Part shown: positions 19,802 to 27,725 of the stretch, piece by piece | Position numbering within the stretch: position 1 is the stretch's first letter | Layout: each line of letters starts with the position of its first letter | Origin: Oscillospiraceae bacterium | GTDB lineage: Bacteria; Bacillota; Clostridia; Oscillospirales; CAG-272 | DNA length: 64,000 nt | Assembly: GCA_015063895.1 (NCBI GenBank) | Contig: SVTG01000004.1 | Span: 18,923-82,922 of the forward strand | Direction: 5' to 3' | Notes under the pieces: model-generated | What the model was told of the DNA's origin: nothing | Database searches by the model: none | What the model saw: the letters and a program-made list of their open reading frames with translations, nothing else | Translations under genes and position numbers: made by a program

Positions 19802-21238
19802 TTATATTCCAAGCTTAAAGGGGTTCATAATACCGTTGGGGTCCAAGGTCTTTTTCAGGCCCTCGAACACCTGCATAGCGGGGCCGTACTGCTCCTTCAT
19901 CAGTCTGCCAAGCTTAATGCCCACGCCATGGTGGTCGTTAACAACGCCGCCGTGCTCTAATGCCGTTCTGACGCCGCAGGTCCAAATCTGCTGATGGAGC
20001 CGCAGAGCCTCCACAGGGTCGGTGGGAACGTCCTTGCCCTCCACGATAAATCTGTCGTAAATCATCGAGCCCCATTCATACCAATGAGAGAAGTGGGCGA
20101 TAAACTTAGCCTGGGGGAAGTTGCTTTCAATCGCATTCTTCATTGCCCAGTAGATTTCCTCAATCTTGCCGTAGGGCGCAATGGTATCCATCGTACCGAA
20201 CATCTGGGGAATGTCCATCATATGACCGGGATAGAAGAAGGTGATTTTTTCCTTCCACCATTTCTCACCGTACTCGCTGCCAAGGTCCTCGGCACCGTAT
20301 TTCTTGAAGGTGTCAAGCAGGATCTTCTCCTCCACGTCCACTAACTCCTTGACGCCCTCGTAGGCAATGTTCATAAAGGCGCCCTTGCGCTCCACGCCTA
20401 CGATTTTCTTAATGAGAGAGGAGGTTTCCGCCTCATCGTACAGACGCATAACCGAGGGCTTGAACTTTTGCAAAAGCTCGCGGCTTGCTAAGAACGCACC
20501 GTGCATATCCTGGAACAGGAAGCCTCTGAAGCGGCGCACCTCGGGCTGGTCGAAGATACGAATCTGCGCCTTGGTGATAACGCCCAGCGTTCCCTCGGAG
20601 CCGATGAAAATCTGGTTCAGATCGGGCCCTGCCGCGTGCTTGGGCGCGGAGGCGGTGTTGATGATGTCGCCGTTGGGAAGAACGACCTCCATCTGCAGCA
20701 CCATATCGTCAATCTTGCCGTACTTGGTGGACACAACGCCGATGCCTCTGTGGGCAAGGAAGCCGCCAACCGTGGAGCAGGTGAGGGAGGAGGGATAGTG
20801 CATGGTTGCCTTGCCTACCTCGTTTGCCGCCCACTCGATGTGCTTATAGATGGCACCCGTGCCGCACTCTATGTACATAGCGTCGGTATTGACCTCGTAA
20901 ATCTTGTTCATTCTCTTGGTATCAAGCAGAATGCCGCCTGCCACGGGAATGGCGCCGCCCTGGGTACCGCCGCCGGCACCCCAGGTGGTAACGGGGATTT
21001 TATAGTAGTTGGCGATTTTCAGAACCTTGGACACCTCGGTGGCGTTTTCGGGACAAACCACGATATCAGCCTCGGGCATACGCTCGCCTCTGTCAGCCCA
21101 CATTCTGGACAGCCAGAAATAATCCACGCTATGGGAGACCTTGTCGATGGCTCTGGTGGAGCAATTTTCCTTTCCTACCGCATCCTCAAGCTCGGTGAGA
21201 ATCATGGAAAACAAAAATTTGTTCATTTGGTACTGCAT
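19802..21238 (-). CDS. FAD-linked oxidase/dehydrogenase (GlcD / D-lactate dehydrogenase / alkyl-DHAP-synthase-like)
   Basis: FAD_binding_4 pattern PDIVVCPENATEVSKVLKIANYYKIPVTTWGAGGGTQGG and a C-terminal HHGVGIKLG. The start was moved to ATG 21238, 6 nt after AGGAGG. Confidence 0.8.
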   Translation of the reverse strand: MQYQMNKFLFSMILTELEDAVGKENCSTRAIDKVSHSVDYFWLSRMWADRGERMPEADIVVCPENATEVSKVLKIANYYKIPVTTWGAGGGTQGGAIPVAGGILLDTKRMNKIYEVNTDAMYIECGTGAIYKHIEWAANEVGKATMHYPSSLTCSTVGGFLAHRGIGVVSTKYGKIDDMVLQMEVVLPNGDIINTASAPKHAAGPDLNQIFIGSEGTLGVITKAQIRIFDQPEVRRFRGFLFQDMHGAFLASRELLQKFKPSVMRLYDEAETSSLIKKIVGVERKGAFMNIAYEGVKELVDVEEKILLDTFKKYGAEDLGSEYGEKWWKEKITFFYPGHMMDIPQMFGTMDTIAPYGKIEEIYWAMKNAIESNFPQAKFIAHFSHWYEWGSMIYDRFIVEGKDVPTDPVEALRLHQQIWTCGVRTALEHGGVVNDHHGVGIKLGRLMKEQYGPAMQVFEGLKKTLDPNGIMNPFKLGI

Positions 21239-21417
21239 ATTCATCCTCCTGTATGAATTTTTTATATCCATAAACAATTATAGCACTTCCTTTTTGGGTT
21301 GTAAATGTAAACAAAGAAAGTATTTGTAAAAAACGGTACTTATTTTTGCGCTTTTGGATTGAAAAATCCATTTTTTTGTGGTATGATGGGATAAAACGAT
21401 AGAAAAGGAGTCCGACG

Positions 21418-22245
21418 ATGAAGCTGATTTCCTTTGAAAAGCTTTACACCACCGATTTTTTGATCAGCGAATCCCTGGTCAAGCCGCAATGCTGGCAAGG
21501 GCGCGGAAACGTATACAACGCCCTGGGAAAGCCCAAAATTTCGCACACGCTTCTCTGGTTCAAAAACTGCAGCGCCGTCATCACGGATTCGGTGGGAAAC
21601 GTCCTTCACGCGGCACAAAATCAGCTTATCTACACCGCCAAGGGCATTGAATATAAAATCCTCTTTCAGGACACGGGCAAAAGCAAGGAGGACACCGTTG
21701 TCATCCATTTTCAGATGACGGACAAGGACGGGGAGGACATTGCCCCTATTCTTACCCCCTTCGTTTGCATGAAGTCCTTGGATGCCGCCACCGCCGCCTC
21801 CATTGATATGCTTGCCAAGGAGTTCACCAAGAACATCGTCTGCGTCCCCGAAATCAATTCGGTGATATATAAAATCCTGGCGGATATTTGTAAAAACCAA
21901 AAAAGAAGGACGACAAAAAAGCGATACGCACGTATTATAAACGGCATTGAGCTTTTAGAGCAGAACAGCGAATTAGACATTGAGGAGATTGCCAGGCGCT
22001 GCGGCATCAGCGGCTGCTATTTCAGACGACTGTTCAAGGAATACAGCGGCGAGAGTCCCATACAGTTCCGTCAACGTCACCGCATCGAGCGCGCCAAGAG
22101 CCTTTTGCTTTCCGACGAGCCCTACTCCATCGGCGAAATCGCCAGCGAGCTGAATTTTCTGGACATATACCATTTCAGCAAAACCTTCAAAAAGCTTTGC
22201 GGTATGTCCCCCAGCGAATTTTTAAGTCGGTACGGCGCGGAATAG
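21418..22245 (+). CDS. AraC-family transcriptional regulator, divergent from the sugar operon
   Basis: N-terminal ligand domain plus a C-terminal HTH (IARRCGISGCYFRRLFKEY...IASELNFLDIYHFSKTFKKLCGMSP). Confidence 0.85.
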   Translation: MKLISFEKLYTTDFLISESLVKPQCWQGRGNVYNALGKPKISHTLLWFKNCSAVITDSVGNVLHAAQNQLIYTAKGIEYKILFQDTGKSKEDTVVIHFQMTDKDGEDIAPILTPFVCMKSLDAATAASIDMLAKEFTKNIVCVPEINSVIYKILADICKNQKRRTTKKRYARIINGIELLEQNSELDIEEIARRCGISGCYFRRLFKEYSGESPIQFRQRHRIERAKSLLLSDEPYSIGEIASELNFLDIYHFSKTFKKLCGMSPSEFLSRYGAE

Positions 22246-22281
22246 CCCGTTATAATAAAAAAGAACGCAAAGCCTCCTTTC

Positions 22282-22467
22282 TTATGTGCGACAAACAATG
22301 TAGTCTACAGTCACATTGAAATAATCTGCTAATTTGCAAAGTGCATCTATATCCGGCTCGCGCACTTCCCTTTCATAGCGCGAATATACCAGCGGAGAAC
22401 AACAAATAACTTCTGCCACTTCCTTTTGTGTTGCACCCTTTTCTGCTCGCAATTCTTTAAGTCTCAT
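22282..22467 (-). CDS. XRE-family HTH regulator (61 aa)
   Basis: MRLKELRAEKGATQKEVAEVICCSPLVYSRYEREVREPDIDALCKLADYFNVTVDYI is a classic Cro/C1 HTH. Confidence 0.85.
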   Translation of the reverse strand: MRLKELRAEKGATQKEVAEVICCSPLVYSRYEREVREPDIDALCKLADYFNVTVDYIVCRT

Positions 22468-22702
22468 CCTCTTCCTCCAAGCCTAGGATATCGCATAGCA
22501 TTGAGTATGCTACTGATTTTTTTCCTTGTTTCTTTGAGGAATGATATCCTTGCCAAGTCTTTCTGCCAACCGAGCATTCACAATACCAAACAGGATTCCC
22601 ATTTTCATCATAAGCTTCTGAGAAGTCATAACTCGGCTGATCAATATAGCCTTTTTGATAAAATTCCTGAAGCTGATTTATTACTCGGTCAATGTCGGGT
22701 TC
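22457..22702 (-). pseudogene. Open frame with a dsRBD-like motif and no canonical start codon; its stop overlaps the XRE start
   Basis: Stop-to-stop frame EPDIDRVINQLQEFYQKGYIDQPSYDFSEAYDENGNPVWYCECSVGRKTWQGYHSSKKQGKKSVAYSMLCDILGLEEEDET. It has no ATG/GTG/TTG before residue 64 and no RBS. It is absent from the ORF track. Confidence 0.3.
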
Positions 22703-22834
22703 TCAGTGGTTGTCAATTACTTTCGACTATCCTTTTCGGACATGCGAGTCACGAAGCCACAAGCCGCTTTTTCTTTGTTTATTGCGATGTAAATTTTGAG
22801 GGCTGACGATTGATTTTCGTCAGCCCTTCGTATG

Positions 22835-23581
22835 TTATTTTCTTCCTTTTCCGTTATCTTTACCTATACCGTTTGTCAGCATATCCTTCAGTTCTGCCAT
22901 GGACTTATCCTTCAAATCCTCGATCGTATAGCTCGGATGCTTCTCGATAATCTTGGAGATTATACGGTATTTACCGGGGGAGATGCCGTATTCATCGGCT
23001 TCGGCTCTATCCTCGGTGGTTAGTTTGGTCGTATTTACCGAGTAATTTCTATTGCCTCTGATCTTCTCGGCACGCTCGGAGAGCTTTGCAAGAAGTTTGT
23101 CGGCATTTTTGTTTTTCTCGGATACCGCGCTGATATATATTTCCGCATTACTATCAAAATAGCCGTTCTCATCATATGCGGCTATCATTTTTTCGAGTGC
23201 ATCCTCGGCGGATAATCCCTTGAGCTTGATGCCGTTAAGTGCTTTTTCGGCATCTTCGTTAAGATATTCTACGCTACTTATCTTGCCAAAGCGGTTCACG
23301 TTAAGAGCAACCGAAGGGTTAACGTCTATATAAACGGTCTGATAATTCTCGTTACCCAGACCGAGCATACCTCCAATCAGTATAAATACGAACACGAAGC
23401 ATGCCGCAATCGGCATAAATCTTTTTGCAAAGGGGGATATACGAAGAGATTTCTTTTCTTTTTGTATAGCTGTGGTTGACATCTCTTGCTTTGCCTTAGC
23501 AAGAATTTCGTTTTTCAAATCGGCACGAGGTGTGATTTCTTCACTTTCTTTAAATAACCTTTCAAAGTCCTTATCCGTCAA
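22835..23581 (-). CDS. Single-pass membrane anti-sigma-factor candidate
   Basis: Immediately follows the sigma gene. The TTG at 23579-23581 overlaps the sigma stop (GTTGA) and lies 8 nt after AAGGAGG; an alternative in-frame ATG is at 23641. One TM segment (FMPIAACFVFVFILIGGMLGL) and an extracytoplasmic C-terminus. Confidence 0.5.
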   Translation of the reverse strand: MTDKDFERLFKESEEITPRADLKNEILAKAKQEMSTTAIQKEKKSLRISPFAKRFMPIAACFVFVFILIGGMLGLGNENYQTVYIDVNPSVALNVNRFGKISSVEYLNEDAEKALNGIKLKGLSAEDALEKMIAAYDENGYFDSNAEIYISAVSEKNKNADKLLAKLSERAEKIRGNRNYSVNTTKLTTEDRAEADEYGISPGKYRIISKIIEKHPSYTIEDLKDKSMAELKDMLTNGIGKDNGKGRK

Positions 23582-24144
23582 CTCGATCCCCTCCTTTCGT
23601 AAGCGTTTTTTACTTTCTTGATTGCGTTGTTGTATTGCCATCGCACCGTGCTTTCAAGCCCCCCCACGATCTTGGCAATATCCTTGAATTTCACGTCGTT
23701 TACAGCGTGTAATATCACGATACGAAATTCATTTTCATTCAGTACCTTTTCCGATAGCACGATGATACCGCTTTCATCGTATATGTGCGGAGCATCTTCT
23801 TCGCCAAGACCGAGGATGTTAACGGTTTCCTCGTCATCATAATCAATCGAAACAATGCGAGCGTTCTTTCGCAACATATTAAGGCAAATGTTCTTTGCTA
23901 TGGTATAAAGCCAATTAAAGCCGTTTTCGCCTCGGTATTTTTCTATATTGCGAACCACCGTCAGATAGGTTTCGGATAGCGCATCCTCGCTGTCGTGGTG
24001 ATTGTGCATGTATGTATAACACAGAAAGTAAAGCGGTTTTGCCGTTTCCTCGTACAACGGGTCTAAGGCAGAGCTATCGCCCTGCCTTATCTGAGTCAAA
24101 TATTCATCTACTTTGTATTTTTCCTTTTCGATGATAATTGCCAT
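23578..24144 (-). CDS. ECF-type sigma-70 family RNA polymerase sigma factor
   Basis: Region 2 (DSEDALSETYLTVVRNIEKYRGENGFNWLYTIAKNICLNMLRK) and region 4 HTH (FKDIAKIVGGLESTVRWQYNNAIKKVK). Confidence 0.85.
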   Translation of the reverse strand: MAIIIEKEKYKVDEYLTQIRQGDSSALDPLYEETAKPLYFLCYTYMHNHHDSEDALSETYLTVVRNIEKYRGENGFNWLYTIAKNICLNMLRKNARIVSIDYDDEETVNILGLGEEDAPHIYDESGIIVLSEKVLNENEFRIVILHAVNDVKFKDIAKIVGGLESTVRWQYNNAIKKVKNAYERRGSS

Positions 24145-24222
24145 TTTTAATACCCGTCGGGCTTATCCGATATTCTCCTTTATTAGAATTTTGGGTTACT
24201 CGGTAACATCCTCTGTCTTGGG

Positions 24223-24639
24223 CTACTTACCCTTGTTCCCGTTCTGACGTCTTTCAGCCTCTGCGCGGTACTCCTTGCGTGCCTTCTTGGAGGACTCCTT
24301 GTAAGCATCCTTCAGTTCACCGGCTTTTGCCTTGTATTCATCTTGAAGGGGCTTCAGCTCTGCCTCCTTTTCTGCAATCTGTGCCTCGATTGCAGATTTT
24401 TCTTCGTCAGTCAGTTCACCTTCAAGCTGTGCTTCAAGTGCCTCAATTTCAGTGCGAAGCTCGAAGAGTCTTGCGTATTCGTTCTTGAGCATGTCAATGT
24501 CCGCGCGATAATTATCCTTCAAACCAGCCGAGATCTTTTCCTCGCCCTTGTTGCCCTTGAGCAATTTCATCCAGCCCTTCACGCCAAGCTCCAGGACCTC
24601 GGTGTCGGTCAGCTCGGGATGAGCGTCAAGAACACGCAT
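24223..24639 (-). CDS. Charged coiled-coil protein, apparently 5'-truncated
   Basis: The in-frame sequence upstream of the ATG (HNRITETLDKYADKATEWGISAGHVKLV-M-RVLDAHPEL...) continues a domain also found at the anti-sigma C-terminus, but it begins right after a stop at 24724-24726 with no start codon. Confidence 0.4.
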   Translation of the reverse strand: MRVLDAHPELTDTEVLELGVKGWMKLLKGNKGEEKISAGLKDNYRADIDMLKNEYARLFELRTEIEALEAQLEGELTDEEKSAIEAQIAEKEAELKPLQDEYKAKAGELKDAYKESSKKARKEYRAEAERRQNGNKGK

Positions 24640-24647
24640 AACCAGCT

Positions 24648-24905
24648 TTACGTGTCCTGCGGAGATGCCCCATTCAGTAGCCTTGTCAGCATACTTGTCA
24701 AGTGTTTCGGTAATCCTGTTGTGTCAAGGATATATTTATTTGCAAAACCGCCATGCTTATCATCGCATGCCCATTCCTTCGCCAATTCTACATACTCTGT
24801 GCAATAAAATCCAAGTCCATAATCATTATATGGTTTACCTTTTCCATATTCGGGAACCTCAATTATGTTTTCCGATCCATGATAAATAATAAGTTCGTTT
24901 TTCAT
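24648..24905 (-). pseudogene. DUF3990-family gene, C-terminally disrupted
   Basis: MKNELIIYHGSENIIEVPEYGKGKPYNDYGLGFYCTEYVELAKEWA is the DUF3990 N-terminal signature. The frame degenerates after ...FANKYILDTTGL and abuts the unrelated fragment at about 24715. Confidence 0.55.
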
Positions 24906-24927
24906 AGCATTCACCTTCCTTGCTATT

Positions 24928-24956
24928 ATTATACCATTACAATGTTAGTTTGTCAA
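24928..24956 (-). promoter_or_regulatory. Strong sigma-A promoter upstream of the DUF3990 remnant
   Basis: Minus strand TTGACA (24951-24956), 17 nt, TGgTATAAT (-10 at 24928-24933), then AAGGAAGG and the ATG. Confidence 0.65.
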
Positions 24957-25033
24957 CACCAAATTAACATTACGATGTTAGTTTTCGTTAAAAAGTGCAA
25001 AATTTGCACCTTCAAAAAATATTGAAAGTGCAA
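24936..25033. repeat. Operator-like repeat cluster between the integrase 3' end and the DUF3990 promoter
   Basis: Direct repeats ATTACAATGTTAGTTT (24936-24951) and ATTACGATGTTAGTTT (24969-24984). Perfect 15-bp palindrome GTGCAAAATTTGCAC (24994-25008). AAGTGCAAA recurs at 25025-25033. Confidence 0.7.
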
Positions 25034-25074
25034 ATCCGCTTTTCTTTGCTTACTGCGTATCAATTTTTGACTCT

Positions 25075-26514
25075 CTACGCTATCCCGTATTCCTCTTTCA
25101 TCTCCGCTATCATCTGGGCAAGCTTCTCCTCACATTCTTCGATGCTGCCGGCGTAGATGTTTCGGGTGATTCGTTTGCCGTTCACGATTGGCGAGTACCG
25201 TCCTTCCCACACGTTCTTGCTGACTTGATGAATCGAGCCTGTTCCCTGCCGTCTGTACTTGCCTTTATAAGGCTCAAATTTCGTCCTTGGCGTGGGTTTT
25301 GGTGCTTCGGTCGGTACTTGCTCGTCCTCGCTCTCACCGCCGTCAAACTCGGCGTACGCGCCTGCAAGCGTTCCTATCGTTTTATCTATGGTCTTGGCTG
25401 CGGTTCGCATTCCTTCGTCGGTGGCGTGGGAGTAGACATTCAGTGTGGTTTCTACGCTTTCGTGTCCTATCGTGCAGGCGAGCGTTTTGACATCCATTCC
25501 ATACCTCAGAGCCTGCGTTGCGAAGGTATGGCGGAGCGCGTGAAACGGCACCTGCTTACAGCCTGCGTGTTCGAGTATTTGCGAGAGCTTCTTTCTGCAC
25601 GCACACGGATCGCGAGGCAGGTCTTGTTCTCTTTTATACGGCGATGGGAACAACCACTTTGACCGTACCTTTTTGCGGTACTCCTTCAATATTTCGACCA
25701 GCGGTAACGGGAGGATGATTGTGCGGTAGGCTGCTTTTGTTTTGGGTGGCATGATGTGCAACTCCTTATTGAAGTACCGCACCTGCTTATTAACCTTCAG
25801 CTCGCCTGTTTCAAGGTTGATATCATCCCACATGAGCGCCAGCAGTTCCCCTCGGCGTAAACCCGTGGACAGGTCGAGGAGGAACATTTCATAGAATCCT
25901 TCCTCTTTCGCCTGTATGAGCAGACGTTGCATTTCTTCGACCGTCAGCACCTCGATTTCCGCACTTTTCTTGGGCGGCAGCTTACAATGCGCAGCCGGAT
26001 TCTGACGGATCAGTCCTTCGACTCTCGCCTTTTCAAGCGAGGCTCGGCAATGGGCGTGTATGCTCCTTATCACCGAGTTGGCAAGCCCTTCTCCGTATAT
26101 TTCTCGGCGGACGAGCCTGCCGTCGCTTTTGAGATGTGCGTAGAACTTTTCGAGTGTTCCTGCCGTTACTTGATTAAGAGGAACATTGCCGATTTTCGGG
26201 ATAATCTGATTGTAGATTCTCTGTTCATAGGTGGTCTGTGTGTACGGTCGGAGAGCGGGCTTGCAGTAGTTATGATACCAGAAGTCTATCCACTCTCCGA
26301 ATGGCATTTCGGGTGTGCATCGAGTGATCTCGGTTGCTCCGATGGTTTCTTTGAGTGCTTCGAGCTTTTCGAGGCACTCTGTTTTTGTTTTTGCAAGCAC
26401 GTTCTTGGTCTTGGGCAGACCGCGTTCATCGTATCCGATGACGATTCGCCCTTCCCATCTGCCGTCCTTGCGTTCTCTTACTGTTCCTGATCCACTTTTA
26501 CGTTTCTTTTTCAT
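25075..26514 (-). CDS. Tyrosine site-specific integrase with Arm-DBD-like segments at both termini
   Basis: Catalytic region HALRHTFATQALRYGMDVKTLACTIGHESVETTLNVYSH. N-terminus SGSGTVRERKDGRWEGRIVIGYD...TKTECLEKLEALKE. The C-terminus repeats the pattern: QGTGSIHQVSKNVWEGRYSPIVNG...SIEECEEKLAQMIAEMKE. The start was taken at ATG 26514 (MKKKRKSG). Confidence 0.9.
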   Translation of the reverse strand: MKKKRKSGSGTVRERKDGRWEGRIVIGYDERGLPKTKNVLAKTKTECLEKLEALKETIGATEITRCTPEMPFGEWIDFWYHNYCKPALRPYTQTTYEQRIYNQIIPKIGNVPLNQVTAGTLEKFYAHLKSDGRLVRREIYGEGLANSVIRSIHAHCRASLEKARVEGLIRQNPAAHCKLPPKKSAEIEVLTVEEMQRLLIQAKEEGFYEMFLLDLSTGLRRGELLALMWDDINLETGELKVNKQVRYFNKELHIMPPKTKAAYRTIILPLPLVEILKEYRKKVRSKWLFPSPYKREQDLPRDPCACRKKLSQILEHAGCKQVPFHALRHTFATQALRYGMDVKTLACTIGHESVETTLNVYSHATDEGMRTAAKTIDKTIGTLAGAYAEFDGGESEDEQVPTEAPKPTPRTKFEPYKGKYRRQGTGSIHQVSKNVWEGRYSPIVNGKRITRNIYAGSIEECEEKLAQMIAEMKEEYGIA

Positions 26515-26519
26515 AATGA

Positions 26520-27725
26520 TTATCCTTTCGTCGTTTTTCCTGTTGCAACATAGTCGCCTTTCTCGCTCTCGCTTCGAAATTCTCCTTGTTGCTGCCACTC
26601 CTTTTCGGTCGCTTCATCCGCCACTGGCGGCGCTTCCGAACGTCCCCATGGTTTTAACTCCTTTCCAAAGATATCTGTGATATAGTTTCCGACAATGCCT
26701 GATGCATTTCTCTGCATGTCGGTTGTCACGTGAGTGTAGGTGTCGAGCGTGAAGCTCGCTTTGGTGTGGCCGAGAATACCTGCCAAGGTCTTGGGATCGA
26801 CTCCGTTTGAGGCTGCGTGCGTTGCGAAGGTGTGGCGCAGGTCATGGAAGCGGATATCGGGAAGTCCTGCTTCCTTCAGCAGGCGTTTGAGCTGTGCGTA
26901 TGCCGTGCCGGGATCAAGCGGCAGTTCGGGATAGGTCGGCTTCGGGAAGATCCACTCTGTAAGTGCCGTTTTCTGCCGTTCGCACAGAAGATTGCACACG
27001 CTTCTCGGGAGAAGGATCACGCGGTTTCCTTCGCTTGTTTTGGTTTCTCCGATAACGGGCTGTCCGTGCTGGTAACGTATAGTTCTCTGCACGTGGAGCT
27101 TGCCGTGCTTGGCATCGAAGTCCGTCCATTTCAGACCGCAAATCTCACCTCGGCGCATGCCTGTCATGAGGTCGGTATAGAAGAAATCGTACCATACCTC
27201 ATCCCCTTCAATATGCGTTAGGAAGGTTTCGATCTGAGACTGCAGCAGTACCGTTTTTTCTTGTCTGCCGAGCTTCGGTATCGTTGTTCCTTCTGTCGGG
27301 TTTACAGGAATCAATCCCTCCCGAACCGCCCCGTCCAAGGCTTCGTGAAGCATCATGTGAATCGCTCGTACCATAGAGTTTGACAGCTCGTGTCCGTGCA
27401 CCTTGTGCTTCTCCATTCTGCCCGACCGTTTGAGCTTGTTATACATCTTTTGGATGTCTTGCGTTGCCACCTGCGTGATGATCTTACTGCCAAGGTTCGG
27501 TATGATGTGGTTGTTGATCATGTGCCGATATCTTGCGGCCGTGCTTTCGCGTATCATTGGGGCTTTATATTCTTCAAGCCATTTTGTGAGCCACTCGCCG
27601 AGAGTCATTCGGCTTTCCTCGGTCGTGTCCATGCCTGCGTAGTATTCTTTGAGTTTTGTGAGGCGAGGCATCAGCTCTTTTTGTGTTTTTCCGAACACCG
27701 ATTTATACATCGGAGTTTCTCGCAA
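26520..27725 (-). CDS. Second tyrosine integrase, N-terminally truncated relative to its neighbour
   Basis: FHDLRHTFATHAASNGVDPKTLAGILGHTKASFTLDTYTH. It aligns with integrase 1 only from about residue 35 of that protein (MYKSVFGKTQKEL against KTKNVLAKTKTEC). An in-frame TAG sits immediately upstream. Confidence 0.8.
   Translation of the reverse strand: MRETPMYKSVFGKTQKELMPRLTKLKEYYAGMDTTEESRMTLGEWLTKWLEEYKAPMIRESTAARYRHMINNHIIPNLGSKIITQVATQDIQKMYNKLKRSGRMEKHKVHGHELSNSMVRAIHMMLHEALDGAVREGLIPVNPTEGTTIPKLGRQEKTVLLQSQIETFLTHIEGDEVWYDFFYTDLMTGMRRGEICGLKWTDFDAKHGKLHVQRTIRYQHGQPVIGETKTSEGNRVILLPRSVCNLLCERQKTALTEWIFPKPTYPELPLDPGTAYAQLKRLLKEAGLPDIRFHDLRHTFATHAASNGVDPKTLAGILGHTKASFTLDTYTHVTTDMQRNASGIVGNYITDIFGKELKPWGRSEAPPVADEATEKEWQQQGEFRSESEKGDYVATGKTTKG

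Noticed and set aside
22426-22806. 126-aa plus-strand ORF in the island
   Set aside because: It is antisense to the XRE start and the dsRBD-like frame, has no RBS, and has a Cys/Phe/Leu-rich composition.
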